Positions 1-11,463 are shown, numbered from the whole stretch's first letter. The stretch is DNA of 63,465 nt, filler included, from Globobulimina sp. (GCA_003354225.1; 55 parts of 55 records of this genome joined end to end with filler, not necessarily neighbours in it); one strand, 5' to 3'. Notes: generated by a model not told the origin, from the sequence alone. Made by a program: numbers and translations.

Positions 1-138
1 CCTGTCCCCAATTGTTGACTGTCGACGGTGTGTCTATTTGTCGACCTGTCGACAAGTATGTTTATTTGTCGACCTGTCCCCAATTGTTGACTGTCGACGG
101 TGTGTCTATTTGTCGACCTGTCGACAAGTATGTTTATT
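1..138. repeat. 72-bp tandem repeat rich in GTCGAC (~1.9 copies, truncated by contig start)
   Basis: 1-66 recurs at 73-138. Confidence 0.9.
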
Positions 139-485
139 GGCTATAACTAAAGGACGCGCCGGCGCGCCGGCTGTCGAATAGAACGTAGTCGGGCGCGCCA
201 CAAAAGTTTAAACAAACTGCGATATTTTAGACAAATTATTTTTACTTTCACCGAAGAAACACATATCGACAAATTAAATACTCCATTTATTCAAAAATTG
301 TAAATCATTTAATTTAGAAAAATTTACGCATGACTAATTTTATCCATAGAAAAACAAACAATATTGATGATTAGATAGCGAACAAAAATGTAATTTATGT
401 ACAGTATATTAATGTATTTTGCATAATGTATAACTATAAACAATGAATCATTAAATCAACAATTAAATGAATTTTCTCGAATTCT

Positions 486-746
486 TCACTTGTCTATACC
501 AAATTGTTCCCATAAATGTTTGGTATGTTCCGGAGTAAGTTGTTCATTGATTTCATCATCAATTTCCAACAAATGTGACCAGAAGTAGGGATATCTTTTT
601 GTTACACAGCTGTAACGAGCATGGCACAATCTTGTTTGAATATTGTTAGTGGAGGAATAGACGTTTTTTCCAGGAATCCAAAATCGTTCGTCATGACCTA
701 TGGCTATATCCTCTGGGGCTACAAAATTTCTTTCTGGAAATCGACC
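486..746 (-). CDS. Putative terminal exon of an uncharacterised protein (GRFPERNFVAPEDIAIGHDERF...CHARYSCVTKRYPYFW...FGIDK*)
   Basis: Hand translation: 86 open codons after a TTTTTCAG acceptor; absent from ORF track. Confidence 0.55.
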   Translation of the reverse strand, partial: GRFPERNFVAPEDIAIGHDERFWIPGKNVYSSTNNIQTRLCHARYSCVTKRYPYFWSHLLEIDDEINEQLTPEHTKHLWEQFGIDK

Positions 747-812
747 CTGAAAAATACAATTTCATTTATTGAAAATATGTGGGCAGACAACAACAGACAA
801 CAACAGGTATAT

Positions 813-1057
813 CAGTGCAAAAAATCAGCAGTAACCGTTCACTCAACTCTTAGTACGAAATCGCCAAACATTTCGGGTCGCGAAATTTTTGGAAAATTTA
901 CATCATTTTTGGCGATTTCGTATTCATTGTTGAGTGATCCGTTACTGCTGAATTTTTGTCTGCTGTTACGTTCAGACAACAGCTATAGCAGTGCAAAAAA
1001 TCCGCAGTATCCGTTCACTCAACTCTTAGTACGAAATCGCCAAACATTTCGGGTCGC
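813..1057. repeat. Direct repeat (period ~176 bp) with an interposed inverted copy
   Basis: 818-880 recurs at 994-1056; 908-958 is an imperfect reverse complement of 818-868. Confidence 0.85.
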
Positions 1058-1157
1058 NNNNNNNNNNNNNNNNNNNNNNNNNNNNNNNNNNNNNNNNNNN
1101 NTTAATTAATTAANNNNNNNNNNNNNNNNNNNNNNNNNNNNNNNNNNNNNNNNNNNN
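1058..1157. other. Artificial contig spacer N44-TTAATTAATTAA-N44 (first of 54; recurs every ~1155-1157 bp)
   Basis: Identical 100-bp block repeated through the window; contig lengths fall 1057>1056>1055. Confidence 0.99.
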
Positions 1158-1224
1158 TGTCGCCGGCACGATGTATTAAATCAGAATATAATTATGGACT
1201 GCGTGTGATTGGTGTAAACAGGTT

Positions 1225-1761
1225 ATGGTTGGAGTTGGCTTTACTGTCCAGCATGAAATACAAAATGTGTTTGGCATTGAAATGGATGTAAATGTAAACA
1301 GCTTTGGGCAAGTTTTTGGATTATTGAATTCCGCTAAACCTGATTCTCGGTTTTGGCGCCAACCATCAAACCGTAAACTTATTGATAATTATACTGTGGA
1401 AATGTTGCAAAGTGATGATTGGGAACATAGTGATTATTTAAGAATGTTCTTCTTTGACAATAAGGATGAAAGAAAGCAGGAAAGCAATATGACGAAGAAA
1501 GCAGTACGAATTAATTTACAGCCAAACAGGATGTATCGATTAGGATTTGCAACAAAAATTGACCTACCAATATTTTATTGGAGACAAGGAAATGTTATGA
1601 ATCAAATATTCAATCAATCAAAATCATCAAATGCAAAAATAGCATCTTCTTCTTGGGGTGCTTTTACAATGAAACGGACAAATCACGACAAAACGTATTT
1701 GTTTCAAGCAAAGAATATGATGCAGCATTTTTCATTGAATTTTAGGATTCTCATTGCTTGA
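1225..1761 (+). CDS. Hypothetical protein, probably 5'-partial
   Basis: 178-aa ORF, no recognised motif. Confidence 0.5.
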   Translation: MVGVGFTVQHEIQNVFGIEMDVNVNSFGQVFGLLNSAKPDSRFWRQPSNRKLIDNYTVEMLQSDDWEHSDYLRMFFFDNKDERKQESNMTKKAVRINLQPNRMYRLGFATKIDLPIFYWRQGNVMNQIFNQSKSSNAKIASSSWGAFTMKRTNHDKTYLFQAKNMMQHFSLNFRILIA

Positions 1762-1825
1762 TTTCGTACTTTACTTGAAAGGTTTTCACAGCAAGCAAAA
1801 CATCTAATATCTTATATCTGCAACA

Positions 1826-2214
1826 ATGGGTTCTTGCTTTTCCGTACAAGTATCAGAAGAGTATAATACAAAGGATGAGCAACCAAAGTGTATGGTCACA
1901 TATGATATTAAAACTAATTGGTGGGGTGAATATATTCGAATGTTTAAATCGATCGAATGGAACGGTGAAATACCACAATCTTTCGCTTATAATAAAGATG
2001 AAAAATTGCATAAGTTGATAATAGAAATCAAGAGAGAAACGAATAATAATCCCTCACATATCCGATCAAAAGAAGTTTTTATAGCAAAATTGAAAAATAC
2101 TGCTTTTTTCAAAGAAAACCAACAATTTATTATGACACATTTAAATATGACATTAGAAGAGGCACAAAGTATATTGAATAGTGCTACTCGTTCATCATCA
2201 ACCTCAACATCAAC
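1826..2214 (+). CDS. Hypothetical protein with N-myristoylation/palmitoylation-like start, 3'-partial
   Basis: Begins MGSCFS; open to contig end. Confidence 0.55.
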
Positions 2215-2314
2215 NNNNNNNNNNNNNNNNNNNNNNNNNNNNNNNNNNNNNNNNNNNNTTAATTAATTAANNNNNNNNNNNNNNNNNNNNNNNNNNNNNN
2301 NNNNNNNNNNNNNN

Positions 2315-3334
2315 GTACTTGGCTCATTAGTAATCGTTGGAACAAGTGTTGGAATAATTGTTGGTATTGATGTGGTGGGTGTGTTAGTCGTTGGTATCAC
2401 AGTTGTTGGAGTTAAAGTAGTCGGCATTGCAGTGTTTGGTGATGTAGTCGGCATTGATGAAATTGGTATTGCTGTGGTGGGTAACATCGTTGTTGGATAG
2501 TTAGTGGTTGGCGACGTGGTATATCCTTTACAAATATCGATTGTTACTGGTTTTGAATAATTGAATACATGGCATACATACCTATACAATACACTGTCTT
2601 TACTCCCTGCTGATAAAAGGAGACATCAATACTTGTCCCTTTCAATAATCCATTCCAAGGATCCTGTGACAAAGCCAATACAGAAACTGCATCACAACCT
2701 GTTGTATGCACATCATCACAAATAAAATGACCAGTCTGATGTTCATAATAAAAGTATACGCCATTAGATGATGCTTTATATACATTGGGTGCAACATGGA
2801 TATCAAACGTGGCTCCACAATTGTGAGTATTTGGCCATGACGTTGTGATCTCATCGCAATCCCATTCTGGACATGAACCAGAGGTAACTTGCATATTTGC
2901 ATCACTCCATTTATTCTGACAACCGCCAGTGGTTAATGGGTCAATAGAGTTTTGACAATATTCATAAATATGCCTATCATTAGAATCTAATTCATCTGAA
3001 ATTTCCCAGTGCTGTAAAACAGAATAATATAGAACAAATTCACCAGTATCGGAACATGTTGCATCGACTGTCATAGTGTAATATGGATAGTTGCTATATA
3101 TTCCAGAATATAAATATTCACCATTTATTTGGGTAGTTAGCATAGACTCCGCAGTCATTCCCCAGACACATATACTAGTATCTAAATATTATTATTATCT
3201 TATTTGATTATATACTTTTGGGTATAGATTCATGCATACTACAGATGAATCATATTTATATATTTTGCAGCATAAACTGAACTTTGAGCAACCATAGCTT
3301 TTATAAACATGTATAAAAGGAAAAACGAGACCAT
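2315..3334 (-). CDS. Secreted Cys-rich protein with Pro/Thr (PTT) repeat stalk, multi-exon, 3'-partial
   Basis: Signal-like MVSFFLLYMFIKAMVAQ exon, Cys-rich exon 2544-3158 and PTT-repeat frame; joins need two short inferred introns. Confidence 0.7.
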
Positions 3335-3474
3335 GATTACACTAAGATTGAAGTCACACTAAATGTAATGANNNNNNNNNNNNNNNNNNNNNNNNNNNNN
3401 NNNNNNNNNNNNNNNTTAATTAATTAANNNNNNNNNNNNNNNNNNNNNNNNNNNNNNNNNNNNNNNNNNNNAAA

Positions 3475-4527
3475 TTAAATAATTTTGTTTTTTATGTTTT
3501 GATTGTGAACAAGTTTTAATTTATGTTGAAATAATAATAATTGAATTTTATCAACTTGTTTTTGCATTTTTTCCTTTTTGATCTCCTCCATTTTAATTTT
3601 ATACTGTAACAAATTTAAGCTGTAATTTGCATATTTCTCAAATGACTGCGTTTTGTGCGAATTAACCAGAATGTCATCATTTGTTTGTTGCGTACTTAAT
3701 TGGTCGATATCTGCTAAAAATAGGCCAACAAAAACATTTGAAATTATAATGGTGACCGCAGTGATATAGGCAATGAAATAAATAGCAGCCATGGGATGAG
3801 TAGCAATCACATTGTAATACATTATTTCATGCCATCCTTCGCCAACCATCAACTGCAGCAACGCCAACATTGCATATGATAGATTATTAAAGTTGGTCTT
3901 TATCGCCGATGCTTGGTCGTAAACGCCGGGCGTTACAACGGCTGTGACATTATCACCAAAAATGGTACAGCCAACTCTCGCATATCCGTACATAAATAAT
4001 GCTAAAAATGCAAATAATGACAGAAATTGAGGGAAAACGCTAAAAATCACATAAGTCAATTTCTGATTGGATGGAATGAGAAAAAATAAGCGAAATAATA
4101 CACCAAATTGTATGAAATATAGCGCATATCTTTGGTTCATTTGTATGAAGTTTGATGAATCAATTTTTGAATAATAAATGAAAAAATATATTCTACAAAA
4201 CAGGAAGGCACAAAATGTGAGCCATATCACAACGAATTGCAATCTGTGTATTAAAGTTAATGTGGATTTTTCTAAAATGGATAAAGGTCGAATTGACGAC
4301 AAATTATTTTTTACCCAGCTTCGTTCCGACGAAGTCAGACGCACTATTTCCGAAATTGACTCATATTTATTGATCGCTGCAGATATATAATCCGGATTTG
4401 CATATTTTTGCAAATCGAAATATCTGTCAATGCCATATATAAAAACTACAAAATGTATTTCAAACATATTTAATAAAAAGAAGGCGTATAATGCATAATT
4501 TAAATACGTTTCACTGAAATTAGTTTC
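3475..4527 (-). CDS. Voltage-gated/two-pore-type cation channel domain, 5'-partial
   Basis: S5-P-S6 with pore LLQLMVGEGWHEIMY, S6 IISNVFVGLFL and C-terminal coiled coil. Confidence 0.85.
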   Translation of the reverse strand, partial: ETNFSETYLNYALYAFFLLNMFEIHFVVFIYGIDRYFDLQKYANPDYISAAINKYESISEIVRLTSSERSWVKNNLSSIRPLSILEKSTLTLIHRLQFVVIWLTFCAFLFCRIYFFIYYSKIDSSNFIQMNQRYALYFIQFGVLFRLFFLIPSNQKLTYVIFSVFPQFLSLFAFLALFMYGYARVGCTIFGDNVTAVVTPGVYDQASAIKTNFNNLSYAMLALLQLMVGEGWHEIMYYNVIATHPMAAIYFIAYITAVTIIISNVFVGLFLADIDQLSTQQTNDDILVNSHKTQSFEKYANYSLNLLQYKIKMEEIKKEKMQKQVDKIQLLLFQHKLKLVHNQNIKNKII

Positions 4528-4655
4528 CNNNNNNNNNNNNNNNNNNNNNNNNNNNNNNNNNNNNNNNNNNNNTTAATTAATTAANNNNNNNNNNNNNNNN
4601 NNNNNNNNNNNNNNNNNNNNNNNNNNNNGCAAATTATTGACCAAATTTCGAAGTG

Positions 4656-5654
4656 TCAGAATTGTTTATATTTTGCCATGTTTTTTGCAGAAACAGAAGG
4701 TTTCACTACTTTCAGATGTTTCAAAAAATCAGAAAATGAGTATTTTGTTTTGTTTTTTGTTTCGAACGTTTTTTGTTTTGTTTTGCACGAAATAACATGC
4801 TTGATTATCTCAACAATATCCGATGTACTAATACGTGATGTTTCCATTGCTAATCGACGATAATCCGACCAACGTAAATTATGTGGTACGTTTTTCAAAT
4901 GCGTTTCAAAAATAGCTCTTCTCATTGAAATAGCTGGCAATGGTACAAATAATCTTTTTTTTAATCTTCTTCTCACCGCAGGCTGTATATTCCATGGCTC
5001 TGTTGTAGTTCCCACAGTAAATACACCTTTCAAAGATCCATTCATTGCTTCCAATGATGGGATATACGGAGCTTCTCCATAAATGGGATCACCATTATAT
5101 TGCTTTGAAAGTCTAAATGCCTCAATGCCAGCAAACAACACTAATGATGGTTTTTTTTGTTCGGAGGCAAACTTATAAATTTTTTCCATTAAATCTTCAG
5201 ACGTTTTTAAATATCGATTGAACAAATCCTTAGTTGGTATTTCAAAAAATGTGATGCGATCTCCATGCTCAGAAGCTATGGCTCTGATCAATGATTTTTT
5301 GCCAACACCACGAGGGCCATACAATAGAACTCCGCCACTTTGAAAACGTCCATTTCTCCACTTTGAAAACGTTCGTATTTGTTCTGATAATTCCTGTTTT
5401 ACCTTGTCAGTGGTCACCACTTCATCCCATTTAATGTTTGGTTTTACAATTAATTGCTGCAAAGAAAAAGAAAAATAGAATGAAATACAAAGTTGAATGA
5501 TTTCTAATGGTGGATCTGTTGTGTCAAACCGACAAAATCCAAAAACTAATTTCTCTGATTTTTCATCAATTCGCATTTGTATCAAATCAATACTGATATA
5601 GCATTTAATATATTTTGCTCTTCCCGCATATTTCATCAACTTTGTTTTGATCAC
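4656..5654 (-). CDS. VPS4/katanin-like AAA protein with degenerate Walker motifs
   Basis: KPNIKWDEV, GVLLYGPRGVGKK, TTEPWNIQPAVRRRLKKRLFVPLP, C-terminal KPSVS. Confidence 0.85.
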   Translation of the reverse strand: MIKTKLMKYAGRAKYIKCYISIDLIQMRIDEKSEKLVFGFCRFDTTDPPLEIIQLCISFYFSFSLQQLIVKPNIKWDEVVTTDKVKQELSEQIRTFSKWRNGRFQSGGVLLYGPRGVGKKSLIRAIASEHGDRITFFEIPTKDLFNRYLKTSEDLMEKIYKFASEQKKPSLVLFAGIEAFRLSKQYNGDPIYGEAPYIPSLEAMNGSLKGVFTVGTTTEPWNIQPAVRRRLKKRLFVPLPAISMRRAIFETHLKNVPHNLRWSDYRRLAMETSRISTSDIVEIIKHVISCKTKQKTFETKNKTKYSFSDFLKHLKVVKPSVSAKNMAKYKQF

Positions 5655-5785
5655 ATTAAATGCTTTTGTATCTTTTTGGTATCTANNNNNNNNNNNNNNN
5701 NNNNNNNNNNNNNNNNNNNNNNNNNNNNNTTAATTAATTAANNNNNNNNNNNNNNNNNNNNNNNNNNNNNNNNNNNNNNNNNNNN

Positions 5786-6815
5786 AACTATTTTGGATTC
5801 CCGCCGTGTTGTAAATACGATCATATTCAATAATAATTCTTACAGTTTTTGATTCTTTTTCCTTTTGTAATAACTGCTGTTGTTTTGTTAATAAATTAAA
5901 ATTGATTTTGTTTCTGATAAATTTGTTTTTATATAAATAAAATTGTCTGCATTGCATCACATCGCTGTCTTTAATAAGTTTGCGACGATAATAATTGTCG
6001 ACTATGGCAGTACGGGTTTCGTATTTTGTGTGTTTGCCGTTTCTGATATCAATTACATCCCATCCACGCTCAATTAATTTGTTTGTTATAAATGTTTTGT
6101 TAATGACATAATTTCGCTTATTTGAGTTTGTAATCACTGTGTTTTGATACAATGATGATGTTAAACTCCGAATAATTCGTAGTTTGTCGCAATTGGATGA
6201 TGGCGTAGTAAATGGGAATGTTGACATTGGTTTAAAAAATTGTTTAAATGCGATTTTATTGTTTTTATAATCAAAATAAATCGTAATATTTGTGATATTT
6301 ATACATTTTTTTGATACAATGACTTCTTTTAATGGGATCTCGACATTTTGTGGGTAGAAGGATTGAATTTGTTGTTGGTGTATACAATTATTTGTGTTGT
6401 TGTCTTTATCAATCGTAATGGCGGCAATATCATCCATATAATGACAATAACATAAATTATATAATAATTGGATACGATTTTTATTCATAATTTCAGCGCA
6501 AGTAATAATGAGTCGACATCGTTTGCCGGCTCCTGCCAATCCTTGTATTTGTGTTGATTGTTGTATTAAATATTTACCTTTAAACGCGGTGAAATATGTG
6601 TTATGTTGATGCAAGTTTATAATTTTTAGGTGACACTCAAATTCAATGTCAGGGAATTCATTGTCGTCTAAATAATTTCTACAAAATGTGATGGCTGATT
6701 TTAAATAGGTCCATGAAAGCGTATTGTACATATCTTTCATGTCCGCATTAATTAATTTTAAATCATTTACATTGATGTTATTATTTGAAATAAATTGATT
6801 AGTTTTGATAATCAT
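5786..6815 (-). CDS. Hypothetical protein fragment
   Basis: Long ORF across an AT-rich contig. Confidence 0.55.
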
Positions 6816-7122
6816 AGATGTTAATTCAATGACATTTGATTNNNNNNNNNNNNNNNNNNNNNNNNNNNNNNNNNNNNNNNNNNNNTTAATTAATTAANNN
6901 NNNNNNNNNNNNNNNNNNNNNNNNNNNNNNNNNNNNNNNNNCAAATCTGGTTTGGACTGCAGCCTAAAAAACATGCGAGGCAGGCACTAACTAATACTAT
7001 AAAACAAAACTGTATTCCTCAATATTGTCGATTACATATAATTCTTTTACTGCTATTTTATTTGTATCCAAACTTAAAAGGCTTAAAAGTGAGTGCTTTT
7101 CAACATGATTCTAAATTATTAA

Positions 7123-7791
7123 TTGATACATTTGGAAATAATTTATATTTTATATGACGTGTCCAGTCAAAATGATCTTAATTTACAGAAGACAAATTTT
7201 GGTAAGTTGCAAGAATTGCAATTATATTTCCCAACAATTAAAACTATGAATGATATATTATTAACTGCTAAAAATTTAAAACAAATTTGTATTCATTCAA
7301 AGTCATTTATGAATTTAAAACCAAAGGAAACAAAACAAACAATGACAAAATTAATAACCTCATGTAAATCTTTACAATATGTTGAGTTCTTTATTAATTA
7401 TGTAGTTAATGATAAATTACTTGAACCAGTTTTGGATGGAATAGAAAATGGCTTATTTGAAACAAAAAAATGGAAAAGGGATCAATTCAGGATAGTAATT
7501 GGAGTCGTTTGTGGTGACACATTTAACCCAAACAACTCCGTGTCAAGTATTGGAAAAGTTGTTCATTGGTTGGATTACTTAGAAATAAATGATTTTCAGT
7601 TTGCATTCATATTTCGAGATTTGAGTAAGAAGATTGATAAAAATATTTTATTAAAAGAATTTAAATCAAAATGTTTATCAAAAAATGTAATGATGGAGAG
7701 TAAGAGTAGCGAATTAGAGACATTTGTTGTATTTACAAATGCAAATACTAATTGTAAAAATAATAGACTTTATGTTCCATCATTATATTAG
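7123..7791 (+). CDS. Expanded LRR-like family member, C-terminal part (paralog of 49751-50602)
   Basis: Shared blocks KLQE..PT.KT.N.IL, CKSL.Y, LDGIE.GLF..K..KR.Q, EINDF. Confidence 0.7.
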   Translation: MIHLEIIYILYDVSSQNDLNLQKTNFGKLQELQLYFPTIKTMNDILLTAKNLKQICIHSKSFMNLKPKETKQTMTKLITSCKSLQYVEFFINYVVNDKLLEPVLDGIENGLFETKKWKRDQFRIVIGVVCGDTFNPNNSVSSIGKVVHWLDYLEINDFQFAFIFRDLSKKIDKNILLKEFKSKCLSKNVMMESKSSELETFVVFTNANTNCKNNRLYVPSLY

Positions 7792-8097
7792 TGCGGTTTT
7801 CGAAATCTTGAATTAGTTACACCTTGTTACGACAAACTGATATCTCATACATTAAATGTTCCTAAAAAGTACGAGGAGAAACACTTTGTTGCTTTGGCGT
7901 TAATTCAGTTCACTCTCTACTCATAGTCTCATATTGTAATGCATGATTTACAATTTTTTACATGGTTATATTGTTTGCTTTGTTTCATGGTGTGAATNNN
8001 NNNNNNNNNNNNNNNNNNNNNNNNNNNNNNNNNNNNNNNNNTTAATTAATTAANNNNNNNNNNNNNNNNNNNNNNNNNNNNNNNNNNNNNNNNNNNN

Positions 8098-8739
8098 GGA
8101 GGCAAAGAAAATTTGAAGAAATATGCAAAAGTGCTTGATTTGGATGTTTGTGCAAAATCATTAAGCAAAAGAAAAGATAATTCCGTTCATGAATTAGGTT
8201 CACGACGATCCAAAAAAAGACGCAAATTAAATAAAAAAAATAAAAAAAATGGTGATGTCCATCAAACATTACATAATAATTATAATCATAATCATAATAT
8301 GAATGATACAGATTTTACTAATCTGCTTAGTGTGGATCCTCATTCATATTCAGAATATGATCAATATGCTGCCCAATTATTATTTTCATTATCTGCTATT
8401 CCGCCGGCTTTTAACCAGAATCAAATGAACCACCCGTTAGTTGATTGGAATGCTGCCGTTAAATCCGAACAAAATGATTCTATGCTGAAACCAGAGCAAC
8501 ATTATGATCCATTATGTGGTGCTGGTTATTATCTCTATAACTCAGCAAATCCATCATTATCAGCATCAGCATCAACAATATGGCAAGACCAACAACAAAA
8601 ATTAGATGGTAATTCCGAAGATATCTTAATGCCAAAACAAGAGCCAATATATTCTGATTTTGTAACAAATCCACCATATACACTGCCTTCATTTGATTCT
8701 GCATTATTAACAGTGCATGATTACAATCCCGCAGTGTGA
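8098..8739 (+). CDS. C-terminus of low-complexity nuclear protein with NLS-like basic patch
   Basis: RRSKKRRKLNKK, N/Q-rich tail, followed by UTR-like sequence. Confidence 0.55.
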   Translation, partial: GGKENLKKYAKVLDLDVCAKSLSKRKDNSVHELGSRRSKKRRKLNKKNKKNGDVHQTLHNNYNHNHNMNDTDFTNLLSVDPHSYSEYDQYAAQLLFSLSAIPPAFNQNQMNHPLVDWNAAVKSEQNDSMLKPEQHYDPLCGAGYYLYNSANPSLSASASTIWQDQQQKLDGNSEDILMPKQEPIYSDFVTNPPYTLPSFDSALLTVHDYNPAV

Positions 8740-9398
8740 TCCCCTAAAAGTTGTTCGGATTTGCGGTTATTTGCAAATTTTGTTTGTGAATGCCGCAGAG
8801 TGCTGAGAATAGCTCTCGTTCGGCACGTCAGTTAACAGGACAAATGTATGTCCCTTCAATTAACTGTTTGGGATTCATGTTGTCCTTAAATATGATGGAG
8901 GTCATGGTATATGGACTTATGGCACTACAACTATAAAAATTAAATAAACATTACACTCTGACATATGCATACATAAACAAAAAAGAATTAAACTTAAAAT
9001 ACAAATTATTTATTTATTTATTTCTAACCAGTTTCACTGTTTAGAAATTGAATGGGTAATGGCGGAACTTCAATCTTTTTGTTATTATTATTATTATTTT
9101 GTTGATCATCATTATTTATATTGATTTGATTGGTTGATGGATTGGAATATAATNNNNNNNNNNNNNNNNNNNNNNNNNNNNNNNNNNNNNNNNNNNNTTA
9201 ATTAATTAANNNNNNNNNNNNNNNNNNNNNNNNNNNNNNNNNNNNNNNNNNNNCCAAAACTGTGCGCAAATCGATAAAGGACAATTGTATGCAAATAATG
9301 TGAGGAAATAAGGAGTGGTATATGCTATCGGTAAAACATTTGATATTATCGACTGCTCAGCAAAAGTGTTACAGGGAACAAGCTTCAAGCGATGATTG

Positions 9399-10307
9399 CT
9401 ACAACTTCTGCTCTTCAGTTGTCACTTTATCATATTTTTTTTTATTATTTTCCCGTTCTTTCCTCTTTTCTGCAAATTTTTGCGATGGTTTCCACAATGC
9501 TTTATCAAACACGTTTGTATCGTAATGCCATAAAACTATACTCCAAAATAATGTGCCCAAAGACAGCGCAATCCAAAAATATCTACAATCATCATATTGA
9601 TCGTAATATACATCTCTTTCCTGTTCAGTATATTCTTTGCTTAATTCTCCAACGATTACAAACGAAGTCGCTTGAAATCCATTGTCGATACATCCCCAAA
9701 TGCCCAACGTTGTCGCTAAATATCTTTGTTTTACAATTAAGCCAAATGATGGCCAAATGGCAGACGCGCCCAAAGAATAACCCATTCCTAAACATATTAA
9801 GCCGCAAATCGGAATCGCAAGGGACCTCTCTGCAGTACCAATAAAACCTAAACATATATGTCCCAGCAATAATGACACAGCAGCTGCCATCATAAAAATG
9901 GTTCGCTTACCATAAATATCGCAAAGTATGCCATAAATGGGTGTGAATATAGCTGCGATCCAAAACATAATGGGAGCGATGGCGTTGCCTTCTTCAAAGC
10001 TAAACTTATATCTATTTTGTAAAAAGGCAGAACCTACGTTGCTGTACGCCAGATATGTCGAATAAAAAAATATTAATTCCAATCCTAATAACCACCATCG
10101 ACGGTCATAACCACCGCAGCACAGTCCCCTCAAATGAACCTTACCTCTGCCAATGTCCTCACTTTTTGCCAATCTTATGTAGTGGTCAACAACATCTCAA
10201 ACAACAATACTACAACGGATTAGGGAAGCAACGGATAAATCAGGCCATAACCTCAAGAAAAATCCGTTGTAGTGTTTTGGGCGGGGACTACAGCGGATGG
10301 GGAATGG
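9399..10307 (-). CDS. MFS transporter (MFSD1-like), C-terminal half
   Basis: Multiple TM helices, PIYGILCDIYGKR loop motif, ASAIWPS. Confidence 0.85.
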
Positions 10308-10569
10308 AANNNNNNNNNNNNNNNNNNNNNNNNNNNNNNNNNNNNNNNNNNNNTTAATTAATTAANNNNNNNNNNNNNNNNNNNNNNNNNNNNNNNNNNN
10401 NNNNNNNNNTTCTTTTTTATAATTCTCAAAATCATACATATCTGTGATGAATTATAATAAGTTGTGATTTACTGCGTGGATTTACACACAAACTGATATT
10501 AAAATAGTTGTATACTGTTAACAACAAAATAGTTGAGAGAGACACTAAAAACACTGTGCAGTGATACTA

Positions 10570-11463
10570 CTAAGTAACTAAAGAAAGATTAACAGAGTGA
10601 AGAGAATGACGTGTAATGTGGTTCAACAAATAGAGAGACAAAAAATTCGTATACGACATGCAAACATGTACAAAACAAAGGAGATGAAGGAACATACTGT
10701 TCATCATATATTGATGCACATCTTTTTCATTTATTTGACCGCCACTGTACTTTTTGACAATCTCTTCGGCTCTGATTTGATCGGATTTGTTAATTATGCC
10801 CGGATGGAAAAAGTCTAAACCGGGAGCTAAGGCTGCTTTGTTTGCCCCACCTATGTCTTTGCGCACTTTCTTTTCAATCGACCCGGCATTGTCAATCAAA
10901 TCTGTGCAGTGTGTTTGTGCCGCATTGTCAATGTTTCTTTGCAAATCAACGATCTTTTGTTTTCTTAATTCGATCTGTAGCTCTTTTTGCCGGTGTTTTT
11001 CATTCATTTTTTGCAGAAAAGTGGGCACTTTTTTGCCACTGGTACCAGTTTCGGGGATTTCACCGCCTAAATTCTCTAAATCTTTGCTCCATTGAGTCAT
11101 ATCGACGTCGTGTGAACTAGTCGCAGTTTGAGTGGTTTCTTCTGTCTCATTCTTGGAGTCGTTGTCATCGAAAGTTACTGCGCGAGCGTTGGTGTTCGCT
11201 TTTTTATTTATCTCAGCGATCAATTGGTTCGGTTCTAATATCGCTTTCTTGTATGCATTGAATGTTTCTGTGCTGTTTAAACCGCTCTGTAGCGATTGAG
11301 CCCACTCACCGATGCCTTTCCAATCAATTTTGAGTGATGCGGCTCTGTAATTTACTTTGGCTTTATGTAAACCAAAGTCTTTGCCGTCATACATTTCTAA
11401 GCTCGGGCTGTTGTTGATGGTCATATGGTTGCCAGCATTGGCAATCCAAGCATTGCATTGTAT
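10570..11463 (-). CDS. Hypothetical coiled-coil protein fragment; 3' end probably spliced
   Basis: 284-aa ORF open upstream to contig edge. Confidence 0.55.
   Translation of the reverse strand: MQCNAWIANAGNHMTINNSPSLEMYDGKDFGLHKAKVNYRAASLKIDWKGIGEWAQSLQSGLNSTETFNAYKKAILEPNQLIAEINKKANTNARAVTFDDNDSKNETEETTQTATSSHDVDMTQWSKDLENLGGEIPETGTSGKKVPTFLQKMNEKHRQKELQIELRKQKIVDLQRNIDNAAQTHCTDLIDNAGSIEKKVRKDIGGANKAALAPGLDFFHPGIINKSDQIRAEEIVKKYSGGQINEKDVHQYMMNSMFLHLLCFVHVCMSYTNFLSLYLLNHITRHSLHSVNLSLVT

Noticed and set aside
1-138. CRISPR array
   Set aside because: Whole unit repeats with no unique spacers
621-1109. 162-aa plus-strand ORF
   Set aside because: Antisense to a better exon and runs through a repeat into the spacer
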